64,000 bases of DNA, taken from assembly GCA_043808015.1 (NCBI GenBank), contig JAZDFI010000008.1, positions 13,271-77,270 on the forward strand, given 5' to 3'. The notes beneath the pieces were generated by a model that ran no database searches, was not told where the DNA came from, and saw only the letters and a program-made list of their open reading frames with translations. Every line of letters starts with the position of its first letter. Within the stretch, counting starts at the first letter, position 1. Position numbers and translations under genes: made by a program. This DNA comes from Candidatus Aenigmatarchaeota archaeon. Its GTDB lineage: Archaea; Aenigmatarchaeota; Aenigmatarchaeia; QMZP01; QMZT01. Shown piece after piece: positions 48,695 to 58,612 of this stretch.

Positions 48695-51600
48695 AAAGGA
48701 TCTGCTACGTTGTGTGGTGGATGGTTTGGTTCGAGGGCCGAAGAAGGACGTGGCAAGCTGCGATATGCCGGGGGTAGACGCAAGCAGTCTTTGAACTCCG
48801 GATCTCTCAATGAGACTTCTTAACTTCGGTTGTTGGCCTTCGGGTCATCGGTGACGCCCTGAATTGAAACATCTTAGTAGGGGCAGGAAAAGAGAACAAT
48901 AGTTATTCCCTTAGTAGAGGCGATTGAAAAGGGAAGAGGACAAACCGAATCTTCTGGTGTAAGCCAGGAGAGATGTGGGGTTCGGACCTGTGCTCATCCT
49001 AACTTCTAAGTCCGAAGTGATCTGGAAAGATCCACGGCAAAGGGTGATAGTCCCGTAGGAGGACAGAAGAAGGTTGATAGCGGGTATCCAGAGTACCAAT
49101 GGTCGAAGATCCATTGGGAATACGGGAGCCAGTAACTCCTAATCCTAAATACACCTCGAGTCCGATAGCGCACAAGTACGGTGACGGAAAAATGAAAAGT
49201 ATCCTTAATCGGAGATTAAAAGAGCCTGAAACCATGCAACTATAGGTAGACATTGCTTCTGCTTTGCAGGAGTTTTGTCGCCCGTGCGGAAACACGCGTC
49301 AAGGAGTTTATTTTTGTGGCGAGGGTAATTCAAGTACCCATAGCGAAAGCGAGAACTGCGCAGCGGCTTCGTGCCGTCAGGCAGTCAGGTTTGAAAGAGC
49401 CTACAGTCACAAGGATAAGACCTGAAGCTAGTCGATCTAGCCCTTGGTAGGGTGAAGTCTGGCGAAAGCCAGATGGAGGCCCGGTAGAGATGCTGAGATT
49501 CAAATCGCTCACGTAACCTGGGGCTAGGAGTGAAATGCTAATCGAGATTAGCGATAGCTGGTTCCTCTCGAAATATGCCTCAGCATAGCCTGGTCGGAGA
49601 TGGATGGCGGGGTATAGATACTGATTGGGCAACCAAGGACCGAAAGGTCCAGTTGTCCTGTCAAACTCGGAATCTACCATCATCGCAGAAGACCGGAGTG
49701 GGAGCGCCGGGGTAAGCTCGGTGTTCGAAAGGGCGAGAACCCAGCCTAAAATTAAGGTCCCTAAATTCAAGCTAAGTGATAAAAAGCGTCTTCAACCTTA
49801 TACAATAGGGAAGTTGGCTCAGAAGCAGCCACCTTTTAAAGAGTGCGTAATAGCTCACCTATCTAGGTTGTGGGCCTTGAAAATGGACGGGACTAAGCTT
49901 GGTACCGATATTTTAGATTCCTAAAAGGAATATGGTAGAGAGGTGTCCTGCTAGGGCAGAAGTTCTCTCGTAAGAGGGAATGGACCTTGCAGGAATAAGA
50001 ATCTTGATGATAGTAGCAGCAATAGTGAAGTGAGACACTTCACCACCTAAAGGGCAAGGGTTCCTCAGCAACGTTCGTCGACTGAGGGTTAGTCGGTCCT
50101 AAGGCAAGCCCCAATTGGAACTTGCCGAAAGGGAAGCAGGTTAATATTCCTGCACCATGAGAATACGAGTGGCGACACAAGTTCATTTCCTGACGCTTCT
50201 GGATAAATCGATCATTTCGGTGATTAACCGGTTAAACCTGTGGAGTACCGTAATGGTGAGAAACAGGCCAAGCCGGCAATAGCTGACGTATGTCAGTTCG
50301 GTTGACTTCAGGAGCCCGTGAAAAGGGAAATGGAATGGATTTTTCATGTCCGTACCAAGAACCGTTACTGGTGCCCCTCGCTGAGAAGGCGAAGGTGTAA
50401 TAGGAAAATTCAGGTCAAGGAATTCGGCAAAATCGCCCTGTACCTTTGGTATAAGGGGTGCCTAATCTTCTGGCTCAGCCAGAACGATTAGGTCTCAGTA
50501 ACTAGTGGGTTGCGACTGTTTAACAAAAACGTAGGGGGCTGCTAGGTGGAAACGCTTTGTATAGCTCTTGAGGCCTGCCCAGTGCCGGTGTGTTAAACTG
50601 GCTAAAACCAGCCAAGCCCCGGTAAACGGCGGCGGTAACTCTGACCGTCTTAAGGTAGCGTAATCCCTTGTCGATTAATTGTCGACCTGCATGAATGGCT
50701 TAACGACATCCCAACTGTCTTGATCTGAAGCCTAGCGAACTTAGTTGTCCAGCGAATATCCTGGAGTCCTTCAGCGGGACGAGAAGACCCCATAGAGCTT
50801 TACTGCAGTCTGTTGTTGTAGTATGCTGATGGTCGCATAGCGTAAGTGGGAGCATCGCACTCAAGTCTTCGGGTTTGAGGAAGGCGTCAATGTAACACCA
50901 CTCCACCGTCAACATATTGCTTACCTTTAGGGGGACAGCAATTGATGGGCAGTTTGGCTGGGGCGGTACGCCTCTGATAAAGGATCAGAGGCGCCCTATG
51001 GTCGGCTCATTCCGGTCAGAAATCGGAAGCAGAGTGTAAGGGCAAAAGCCGGCCTGATAGGATTCTGCAAGGCAAAGAATCCTAACGCGAAAGCGTGGCC
51101 TAGCGATCCGCTGTGTCTCTATTAGCTGAGAGCCAGCTCTGTCAGAAAAGTTACCTTGGGGGTAATGGAGTCGTGGCGCGTGAGAGTCCATAACTCATTT
51201 CTCGTTCTCGATAAGTCTGAACAAAAAACGATACATACCTTGTGTATGTTAAAGCTTTTTGTCAGGACAAGCAGAAAGCAGAATATATAATCATCTGTTG
51301 GCTGTTGAGTCACACGTATCTATGCCCATTCATTGGGCTGCAAAGGTGCGTGTGATGATGAAAAATCGAGAAGTGAGAGGTCAAATCGACCGCGCTCGTT
51401 GCTTCTCCGCCGTCGGCTCGGCTCTTCCTGGACGTGCAGCAGCGTCCAAGGGTGGAGGTGTTCACTCATTAAAGAGTCACGCTAGCTGGGTTAAATACGG
51501 TGCGAGCCAGTATGGTCTATATCTGCTGAAGGTGTTGGTTACCTGAGGGTAGAATGCAATTAGTACGAAAGGAACACTGCGTTGTGGCCTCTGGTGTATC

Positions 51601-51825
51601 GGTTGTGTCTGCATTGCCGAGTAGCTACGCCGCTGAGGATAAAGGCTGAAAGCATCTAAGCCTGAAGCCTCTCCCGAAAATAGGTAACCGTTCATCAAAC
51701 TGATACGCAAGTATCGGCGCGATGAGGAAGGTCTCGTAGACGACGAGGTTGATGGAAGCGGGGTGTAAGTACCAAGCTTAGGCGAGGTATTCAGCCCACG
51801 TTACCCAATCACCTGACAGATCTTT
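48695..51825 (+). rRNA. rrl: 23S rRNA gene (archaeal), with an insertion of about 180-190 nt in the peptidyl-transferase-region sequence; boundaries approximate
   Basis: 5' region GGTGGATGG...GAAGGACGTG; sarcin-ricin-region AGTACGAAAGGAAC; helix-1 pairing GGAUCUG(48699-48705)/CAGAUCU(51817-51823); about 2945 nt excluding the insert. Confidence 0.85.
51195..51385 (+). other. Candidate 23S rRNA intron/insertion splitting the conserved ...AAGAGUUCAUAUCGAC... (E. coli about 2470-2480) segment; flanked by an imperfect 15-nt duplication of the target (GUGAGAGUCCAUAAC / GUGAGAGGUCAAAUC)
   Basis: Upstream exon matches archaeal consensus up to ...AGUCCAUAAC, and consensus resumes at ...GGUCAAAUCGACCGCGCUCG; no endonuclease ORF inside. 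Confidence 0.5.
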
Positions 51826-51987
51826 GTCAAAAGGACAACTCGCCAATTATGTTTCCTCTATTTTTATTAATGGAGAACTGCATAGCGTCAGCTATCGCTG
51901 GCGTTACTTGATTTTGAGTCGGTAAAACCGGCAACCAGCGGACGCCAGAGTAACATATAAAAAACTTTGTGAACCAATAATAATTGG

Positions 51988-52068
51988 TCCACGGTCTGGT
52001 CAAAGAGGTGCGGCATTAGCCCCCCGTGATGCAGGGTTAAAATTCGCGCCCTGATCAGAAGGCCATGG
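51988..52068 (+). ncRNA. Copy 2 of the 81-nt structured element; preceded by ATATAAAAAA (about 51957-51966) and followed by a T-rich tract
   Basis: 81/81 identity with 41785-41865; lies between the 23S 3' end and the RNase P RNA promoter. Confidence 0.5.
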
Positions 52069-52127
52069 GCTTTGTTTCTAGCGCTTCGCTTAAATCAACC
52101 TTTTTAAAGCGAAAAACGAAGGAATCT

Positions 52128-52470
52128 TGTTGAGCCGGGTGGATAGCTCGCCTTGCGCAAGCAGGGAGGTAAGTTCCATACACTCAAGCCAGCACCCAAA
52201 CGTGCTGGTAAAGCACGCTGATGAAAATCAGGGTTCGAGAGAGCCTGTCCGATCGCAGAAACCACCTTCGCTTCGGAGCCATGACTCCGCAAGGGAGAGC
52301 GACGAAGGAGCGCAAGGGTGAAATTGAACCGGGCCGTGCGGGTGAAAGCGTAGGGCAAGCATGCAGGTTTCCTGTGTGAACCCGATCGCGAGTCAGAAAA
52401 ATGCTATCGCCACGTTCGCGCTTCAAAGCGCGCGTGATGACAGAAAATGGGCTATGCCCGGCACAACACC
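52128..52470 (+). ncRNA. rnpB: RNase P RNA (archaeal type A-like)
   Basis: CR-I-like AGGGAGGUAAGUUCCAUAC; CR-II/III-like AAGGGUGAAAUUG...GGGUGAAAGCG; CR-V-like GAUGACAGAAAAUGGGCUAUGCC; P1 pairing UGUUGAGCCGGG/CCCGGCACAACA; TTTTTAAAG box about 20 nt upstream; overlapping ORFs in the track are judged spurious. Confidence 0.65.
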
Positions 52471-52501
52471 TTTTAAATCCATACTGGATATATGTGATAT
52501 T

Positions 52502-52663
52502 ATGAGCAAAGAAAAGACGATGATGCCTCAGTCGACGGCTGGCCTAATCCGTTATTTCGAGGATTCTGAATCCGCGATAAAACTGAAGCCGGAGCACGTC
52601 ATAGGCGGCGCGGTCGCAATCATAGCGATTGAAATAGCCCTCAAGTTCCTTATAGTCGTTTAA
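52502..52663 (+). CDS. secG: Preprotein translocase SecG (Sec61beta homolog), 53 aa
   Basis: MSKEKTMMPQSTAGLIRYFED...KLKPEHVIGGAVAIIAIEIAL matches the archaeal Sec61beta consensus (SAGLIRYFDE...PE.V); the longer ORF-track version overlaps RNase P RNA. Confidence 0.75.
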   Translation: MSKEKTMMPQSTAGLIRYFEDSESAIKLKPEHVIGGAVAIIAIEIALKFLIVV

Positions 52664-52850
52664 TCGTTTTATTTTCCGATATTCTTAAACGGTTTTCCTC
52701 GTCTTGCTGCAATATGGTTTTATATGCCTTGTTTTTTGTGTGACTATCCGCCAGTTGCGCAGCGAACAGCGTCCGTTTTTATATCATAACTGTTCCCTGC
52801 TACTACTTTAAATTTGTTTGGCCCGAAAATTATATTAGGGTTGGGAGGGG

Positions 52851-53510
52851 TTGTATATGGTAATGCCTTTGGTTACTAAGATAAACGATAAGATAACGCT
52901 CATTCATCTTTCAGACTTGGATTCCAATATCTACCTGCTGGGGAAGGATACTGTAATCGATTCGGGCACGGGGTCGAATTTTGTGAGACTGTATGACATA
53001 CTGAAGCGCCTGAAGCTCGATTTCGAACTGGTAAAGAATATCGTCAATACGCACATGCACTGGGACCACGTAGGCGGGAATGGATTCTTCTCGAACGCGA
53101 AGATACACATACACGAGAAGGACGCGGTGATTCTAGAGAAGGGCGACGCGAACATGAGCAACGCCGCATACTTCAGCGGCAAGATGAAACCGGTCAAAGT
53201 CGCCGTGAAACTCAAGGACGGCGACGAGATTTTCGGCTTCAAGGTCCTGCATACGCCCGGCCACACCCAGGGCTCGATATGCCTTTACGACGCGAAAGAA
53301 AAGATTCTCATTTCAGGCGACACGTTATTTGCCGACGGAGTTGGAAGGACCGACCTCGCCGGCGGTAGCGAAGACGATCTGAGCGCTTCGATAGAGCGGC
53401 TCTCGTCGCTGAAAATAGACAAGATACTGCCCGGACACGGAGAGCCCGTCCTTAAAGGCGGGGACAAGGCCATAAAGAGCATAGTTTCGTCTGTAGATGA
53501 AGAAGTTTAA
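52851..53510 (+). CDS. MBL-fold metallo-hydrolase (glyoxalase II-like)
   Basis: NTHMHWDHVGGN (HxHxDH) and downstream His/Asp ligands. Confidence 0.8.
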   Translation: MYMVMPLVTKINDKITLIHLSDLDSNIYLLGKDTVIDSGTGSNFVRLYDILKRLKLDFELVKNIVNTHMHWDHVGGNGFFSNAKIHIHEKDAVILEKGDANMSNAAYFSGKMKPVKVAVKLKDGDEIFGFKVLHTPGHTQGSICLYDAKEKILISGDTLFADGVGRTDLAGGSEDDLSASIERLSSLKIDKILPGHGEPVLKGGDKAIKSIVSSVDEEV

Positions 53511-53536
53511 AGCCAAAAAACAGATACTCGAAAGCG

Positions 53537-53929
53537 CTATTTTTTCTCTTCTATGAGGACGCCGTTCACGACCCCGTGCTGGCCCGGCTTCGACGTCACG
53601 CGCACAGAGCCGATTTCCGTTTTGACTATCGCTCCCTTCGTGATGACGTTCATTCGCACGTAATGCGGGTTGGCCGGGTTCTTTTCCACGGTAATGATCT
53701 TGAGCTTCCTGATTTTTTTGGTCTTGGGGTCAGCCACGTTTATCTCGTTGACCATGAGCAGGTTGAGCTTTGTGTTGCCGCCTCTCGTGCGGTTTATCTT
53801 TACCCGCCTCTTTTCGCTCAGCTTGGTCATGATAAACTCGTTACCTCTGTCCATTTTCCTCTTCTTCCTGAGCCTGCGAATAAGCTTCCCGGTAGGCCCT
53901 CTCCTTGAACGCAAATGCCATTTCACCAT
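53537..53929 (-). CDS. rps8e: 30S ribosomal protein eS8 (S8e)
   Basis: MVKWHLRSRRGPTGK...RTRGGNTK...TKGAIV...SKPGQHGVVNGVL. Confidence 0.8.
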   Translation of the reverse strand: MVKWHLRSRRGPTGKLIRRLRKKRKMDRGNEFIMTKLSEKRRVKINRTRGGNTKLNLLMVNEINVADPKTKKIRKLKIITVEKNPANPHYVRMNVITKGAIVKTEIGSVRVTSKPGQHGVVNGVLIEEKK

Positions 53930-54055
53930 ATGCAGCACCGATTCTATATAATTAAAGACGTTATATTTAAATAGATAGTTGGCTTTTAATTATTATAAGT
54001 TAAGTATACACGAATCTATTTTACCCGATTTTGAATTGGGTTTTGGGAGGAGGTT

Positions 54056-54289
54056 ATGGAAATGCAACAAAGGCCACTGGACGTCCTTGGCAGCGCTGAA
54101 CACAAGAGAATAATCATACAGGTCAAGAACAGGGACAAAATAATAGGAACTCTTAAAGCGTTCGATTCTCACCTTAACATCTGGCTCGACGACGCAGAGG
54201 TGCAGAGCGCGGACGGCGAAAGGTCGGAAAAGCTTGGAACGGTCCTGGTAAGAGGGGACAACATAGTGCTTATTTCTCCCGGAAAATAA
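54056..54289 (+). CDS. Sm-like archaeal protein (SmAP/LSm)
   Basis: PLDVL...IIIQVKNRDKIIGTLKAFDSHLNIWLDDAE...LVRGDNIVLI (Sm1/Sm2 motifs); GGAGGAGG SD upstream. Confidence 0.85.
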   Translation: MEMQQRPLDVLGSAEHKRIIIQVKNRDKIIGTLKAFDSHLNIWLDDAEVQSADGERSEKLGTVLVRGDNIVLISPGK

Positions 54290-54329
54290 GGCTGCAAGCT
54301 TATAAATAAACGAACCAAAACGTGATACT

Positions 54330-54518
54330 ATGTCAAAGGGAACGCCCAGCATGGGTAAGAGGAACCAGAAGACGCACATTTTATGCAGACGTTGCGGTCG
54401 CCATGCTTACCATGCTTCAAAGAAGGTATGCGCAGCCTGCGGCTTCGGAGCCTCGAGAAAGCTGAAGAAGTTCAACTGGCAATGGAAGACTGTGCAGCGC
54501 GACAAGAGGACAGAGTAA
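54330..54518 (+). CDS. rpl37e: 50S ribosomal protein eL37 (L37e)
   Basis: [25 protein letters not shown]...CAACG zinc ribbon; conserved Sm-L37e gene pair. Confidence 0.9.
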   Translation: MSKGTPSMGKRNQKTHILCRRCGRHAYHASKKVCAACGFGASRKLKKFNWQWKTVQRDKRTE

Positions 54519-54657
54519 GCGTCTTACCCGCATATAAATAACCTGTTATATATCATATGTTATCGGCTGACGACTTGTAACTAGAATTACAAGGTGCCTT
54601 CGAGAACAAGCGACTGACAGCTTGGGTTTAAGGTTCGGGCTGTCTTTCGATACAACT

Positions 54658-54766
54658 GGGCCTGTAGCTCAATCGGCAGAGCACCAGACTCTTAGATGTT
54701 ATGAGGCGCTTGCGCCCGTGACTGCGTGATATCTGGGGGTCGCGGGTTCGATTCCCGCCGGGCTCA
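54658..54766 (+). tRNA. tRNA-Lys(CUU) with a 36-nt canonical 37/38 intron (54695-54730)
   Basis: Acceptor GGGCCUG/CGGGCUC; D-arm GCUC-AAUCGGCA-GAGC; anticodon stem CCAGA/UCUGG; loop CUCUUA|A; T-arm GCGGG-UUCGAUU-CCCGC; A73. Confidence 0.8.
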
Positions 54767-54811
54767 TTTACCATTTTTATGCGTTTGCGGCTGCCACAGA
54801 AATTAGCAATC

Positions 54812-55228
54812 CTAGAGCCTGAAAGAAATGAGATGCTTCACGTGTTTTACGGCCTTGGGCTGGGCGCTTATTATGTCGCTAGCGGTTATTATCCCCACAA
54901 GCCTGCCTTTGCCGTCAACCACAGGGAGCTTCTTGATTTTGTTCTCGCTCATGAGCATCGCTGCCTTGATGACGGTCCTCTTCGGGCCTATGTTTATTAC
55001 ATAATGAGTCATCACGGCTTTGACTTTCGTTTTCTTTAAGTCTTTAATCTCTTCTGATGCTATCGCGACCAGAACGTCCCTTTCGGTGAGCATGCCGACT
55101 GGTTTGCCGTCCTTCGCGACGATCACGCATCCTATGTGGTTGTCAGCCATGATCTGCATGGCTTCAAGAAAACTTGTATCTGGTTTTACGGTAATCACGT
55201 GCTTGTTCATGATTTTTTCAACCAGCAT
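54812..55228 (-). CDS. CBS-pair domain protein
   Basis: Two CBS motifs (HIGCVIVAKDGKPVGMLTERDVL; KLPVVDGKGRLVGIITASDII). Confidence 0.8.
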   Translation of the reverse strand: MLVEKIMNKHVITVKPDTSFLEAMQIMADNHIGCVIVAKDGKPVGMLTERDVLVAIASEEIKDLKKTKVKAVMTHYVINIGPKRTVIKAAMLMSENKIKKLPVVDGKGRLVGIITASDIISAQPKAVKHVKHLISFRL

Positions 55229-55299
55229 GCTACCAAAAAACTATTGTGAAAGATGCTTTTTAAATGCGGCCTAGCCGGATAAAACTGGAGAATTAGAAT

Positions 55300-55626
55300 T
55301 TATCTGAGTTCTATGTCTATCTTTACGTCTTCCGGGATGGGAAGGCGCACGACCTGGCGCAACGCTCGCTCGTTCGAGCCGATGTCTATGACGCGCTTGT
55401 GGATCCTCATCTCCCATCGGTCATACGTCGCGTTGCCGTGGCCGGTTCCATCGCCGCATGGCGTTTTCATCGTAACGACCTTGAGCTTCTTGGTGGGCAT
55501 CGGTATCGGGCCGCGTATGGAGACTCCGTATTTCTCGGCGATTTCCTTTATCATGTTGCATATCTCGTCGAGCTTCTGGTAGCTCTTCCCCGCCAGCTTG
55601 ATCCTTGCGTATTCCATGAGCATCAC
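55300..55626 (-). CDS. rps10: 30S ribosomal protein uS10
   Basis: ARIKLAGKSYQKLDEICNMI...RWEMRIHKRVIDI. Confidence 0.85.
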   Translation of the reverse strand: MMLMEYARIKLAGKSYQKLDEICNMIKEIAEKYGVSIRGPIPMPTKKLKVVTMKTPCGDGTGHGNATYDRWEMRIHKRVIDIGSNERALRQVVRLPIPEDVKIDIELR

Positions 55627-55649
55627 GTATGTTTCGAGTCTTTTTAACC

Positions 55650-56108
55650 TTACCTCTTGGATCTCTGCTTATATCTCCTCGGGCCCTGAGACGACCTCGG
55701 TGGCTTGTGCGGCTCCGTTCTCCTCGGGTCGTATACCAGCAGATTCCTGTCGTAGTCCATGAGTTTTTTCTTCAGCACAGCGCCGAATATCTCGCTGAGG
55801 CCGCGCGCAAAAGCCTGGCGGACCGCATCGGATTGTCCGGTAGCGCCGCCGCCCTTTGCAATCGCTACATAATCATAAGTCTTCCAGTCCTCGCTTTCCA
55901 TTACTATGAACGGCTCCTGGATGCGCATGCGTAAAATATCGTTTTTCATGTTCTCAAGCGGCTGGCCGTTGATGCTGATTTTGCCGGAGCCCGGCTTTAT
56001 AGTCGCATTTGCAACAGCTTTCCTGCGCTTTCCTGTAGTGAATATGATGTCAGTGCTTCTCTTCGCGGCTTCCTTCTGATTCGCTTGCGCGTCTTTCTTT
56101 TTCGTCAT
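55650..56108 (-). CDS. rps9: 30S ribosomal protein uS9
   Basis: GKRRKAVANATIKPGSGKISINGQ...GGGATGQSDAVRQAFARGL...RSKR tail. Confidence 0.9.
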   Translation of the reverse strand: MTKKKDAQANQKEAAKRSTDIIFTTGKRRKAVANATIKPGSGKISINGQPLENMKNDILRMRIQEPFIVMESEDWKTYDYVAIAKGGGATGQSDAVRQAFARGLSEIFGAVLKKKLMDYDRNLLVYDPRRTEPHKPPRSSQGPRRYKQRSKR

Positions 56109-56110
56109 GT

Positions 56111-56530
56111 TTACACACCAAAGTTCTTTGAAATGTCCTCTATGCGGACGAATTTGCAGCCCGAGTTCGTTTTCGTGCTGCTTATTATTTCCGCCTTGTC
56201 ATCCTTGAATGCAATGGGAACTTCCCTGAAGACCTTGAGTTTTCTGTAAGCCGTCCTGCCTCTCGGCTTGTGGAACGGCAGCATGCCCCTGATTATGCGC
56301 CTGAGAATCCTCTCCGGTTGCTTCGGGTAAAAGGGTCCATGGTACGGGTCGCCTCTCTTTATTTTCTGCTCGTAATCGGCTGCCGTGGCTTTCGGATTAC
56401 CCGTTATTATCGCCTTCTCGGCGTTGACTATGACTATCTCTTCGCCGTTAAGTAGCCGCTTCGCTACCGTGGACGCGAGCCTCCCTGCAACACAATCCTG
56501 GGCGTTTATCACGGCGACCATATCAATCAC
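56111..56530 (-). CDS. rpl13: 50S ribosomal protein uL13
   Basis: VINAQDCVAGRLASTVAKRLLNGEEIVIVNAEKAIITGN. Confidence 0.9.
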   Translation of the reverse strand: MIDMVAVINAQDCVAGRLASTVAKRLLNGEEIVIVNAEKAIITGNPKATAADYEQKIKRGDPYHGPFYPKQPERILRRIIRGMLPFHKPRGRTAYRKLKVFREVPIAFKDDKAEIISSTKTNSGCKFVRIEDISKNFGV

Positions 56531-56890
56531 TTAAGCTATTATCCTGACATCCTTGCCTTTGGGGTTCTTCTCGTAAAGCTCTTCTATCGAGAGACATGTC
56601 CCGCCAGCCTTCTCGATTTTCTGGCGAGCGCTTCCGGAAAACTTGAGAGCCGCGACATTCACGTGCTTGCTTATCTGGCCTGAACCGAGCACGATGCCGG
56701 GAACGACCAGCGTCTCTTTCGCCTGAGCGAGCTTCTCTATGCTGGTAAGGTTGACCTCGAATCTCACTCTGGTCGGCCTGTTAAGGCTTTCAGCGACGGC
56801 TTTCCATACACCGCTTTTGTTCTTGACGCCGTCCACGTAAAGCTTCTCCACAAGCGCCTTCATGTAGTCGTTCTTGTTCCTTACTTTCAT
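56531..56890 (-). CDS. rpl18e: 50S ribosomal protein eL18 (L18e)
   Basis: Conserved position upstream of L13-S9; ...VVPGIVLGSGQISKHVNVAALKFSGSARQKIEKAGG. Confidence 0.85.
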   Translation of the reverse strand: MKVRNKNDYMKALVEKLYVDGVKNKSGVWKAVAESLNRPTRVRFEVNLTSIEKLAQAKETLVVPGIVLGSGQISKHVNVAALKFSGSARQKIEKAGGTCLSIEELYEKNPKGKDVRIIA

Positions 56891-56985
56891 AGGTATCAGC
56901 CTAATATCGATAGGATAATCTTATGCTAATATATATTTAAATATTAATTAACCATGCAATTAGCTTTAACGCCCTCGCCGTTTCG

Positions 56986-57609
56986 CTATTTCAACACCTT
57001 TCCGGTTTCCAGATACCACAGGTAAAGGTCCAGCTCGGCGAGGTTCACGCCTATTCTTGCAGCGAATCCCTTCAGAACGCGCTCGATTTCCAGATACTTG
57101 TTTTTTGTCAGCGTTTTCGGGCGAACAATCGCACCACAGCGCTCGAGTATGTCGATTATGTGGAAGTCAAGTATCGCGACGTCGGTGAAACCTACGTTTC
57201 GCAGGAAATGGCTAGCCTCCTTGTAGCCGAGTCCCTTTACGTTGGTCACCAGCCACTCGCGCAGGCTTACGCCGTTCGAAGACGAGACTATCCTTTTCAG
57301 CGAACCAAGATGCTTTCTCGCCTCCACGATGTATTGCGCGCGCGCGTTCGGGTAGCGGTGGCCAAGCGCTTTCAGCCGCGTCGCTAGCGCAGCCTCGGGA
57401 AGCGTGGCGAAGCCATCGCCTATCGCATTCTGGATTCGAATCCCGCCTTCCGCGCTGTAATTCGCCGTCAGTATGCAGAAGCACAGCTCGCTGAATAACG
57501 CTCGTTCGTCCTTCCGGCCGAGTTCCGCAAATTCGCTGACACGCGCATCGACCACATTCTTCATATCGCTGGTCATGAGTTCGCACACGCGCTTTATTTC
57601 CCTTTCCAT
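56986..57609 (-). CDS. ogg: 8-oxoguanine DNA glycosylase / N-glycosylase-DNA lyase (HhH-GPD, archaeal Ogg type)
   Basis: HhH-GPD core (VKGLGYKEASHFLRNVGFTDVAILDFHII); matches Methanocaldococcus-type Ogg. Confidence 0.7.
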   Translation of the reverse strand: MEREIKRVCELMTSDMKNVVDARVSEFAELGRKDERALFSELCFCILTANYSAEGGIRIQNAIGDGFATLPEAALATRLKALGHRYPNARAQYIVEARKHLGSLKRIVSSSNGVSLREWLVTNVKGLGYKEASHFLRNVGFTDVAILDFHIIDILERCGAIVRPKTLTKNKYLEIERVLKGFAARIGVNLAELDLYLWYLETGKVLK

Positions 57610-57675
57610 GTTTCATCCTCTAAGGCTGTAAAGCTTTGCTTGAGCAAATAGTGGTTTGTCAGAGGAAATAAATAG

Positions 57676-58545
57676 CTACCTGCATTTCTGGTAGGGGTTT
57701 CTGGGCACGATTATCCACAATACGATGTAAAGCAGTATGCCGAAGCCCCATGCGAGCGTCCCGATTATCCAGAGTATTCTTACTATCGTCGGGTCGATGC
57801 CCAAGTATTCGGCTATGCCGCCGCAGACGCCGCCCAGAATCTTGTCCTTGCATGACCTGTAAAGCCTGTGGACTTCTTCCATGTTCTGCGCTTTCACGGG
57901 TTTTGTTCTTTTCACAACACGCTCCTCCTGATGGTAAAGCGTCTTTTCAGTCGCGATAATTATAGCCAGGACGATGTAGCCCACGCAAAGGAAAAGCCAG
58001 AATACTAGAAATATGCTCTGGCCTATGTAGGAGACGAGGCTGGATATGAAGGGTATGTTCAGCGTCGTGTTCATGATCTGCAGTGCGTGCGCCCCTATCC
58101 AGAAGCACGTCGCTATGCCGACGGCGACAGAAACCGGGGAGAAAATCCTGTAAAGCCTGTAGTTGACCTTGGAGAAATGCGAAGTGTACGAGAAGAACAG
58201 CATGAGCATGAATAACACGCCTATGTTGCTAGTGAGGAACGCGTTTATGTCGTTGAGCAGCCAGCTCTGGACGTTGTTGTTTATGAAAGACATGACCCAC
58301 GTGAGAAGGACCATTATTATGATGCCTATGACGCTGGTTATGAGCGGCCCCAGCACGCCGAAAGTCTTGCTGAAAGAATTATCAAATTCGCAGCCTCGCC
58401 TTTCCCATGCCCTTCCCCGTCGCTCCATGTGCCTGCCGAAGCGGTTGCCGATATCCTCGACTTCCTCTCCGAAATCCTTGAAGCGCTTCTCGACGACGGT
58501 CTTTTCTTTCCTGACGTTTCTCGCGGGCTTTTTCCTTTTGACCAT
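57676..58545 (-). CDS. PspC-domain membrane protein with Lys-rich N-terminus
   Basis: C-terminal KILGGVCGGIAEYLGIDPTIVRILWIIGTLAWG (PspC signature); 4 TM helices. Confidence 0.65.
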   Translation of the reverse strand: MVKRKKPARNVRKEKTVVEKRFKDFGEEVEDIGNRFGRHMERRGRAWERRGCEFDNSFSKTFGVLGPLITSVIGIIIMVLLTWVMSFINNNVQSWLLNDINAFLTSNIGVLFMLMLFFSYTSHFSKVNYRLYRIFSPVSVAVGIATCFWIGAHALQIMNTTLNIPFISSLVSYIGQSIFLVFWLFLCVGYIVLAIIIATEKTLYHQEERVVKRTKPVKAQNMEEVHRLYRSCKDKILGGVCGGIAEYLGIDPTIVRILWIIGTLAWGFGILLYIVLWIIVPRNPYQKCR

Positions 58546-58612
58546 ACAATTATTTTGTTCTGCTACTTAAAGTATTTTACCATGGTCCTGAAACAAGCAA
58601 TTTATTGGGCGC

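Noticed and set aside
52127-52426. Three ORFs (64-84 aa) on both strands between 52104 and 52426
   Set aside because: They lie entirely within the RNase P RNA candidate and have no protein-like features
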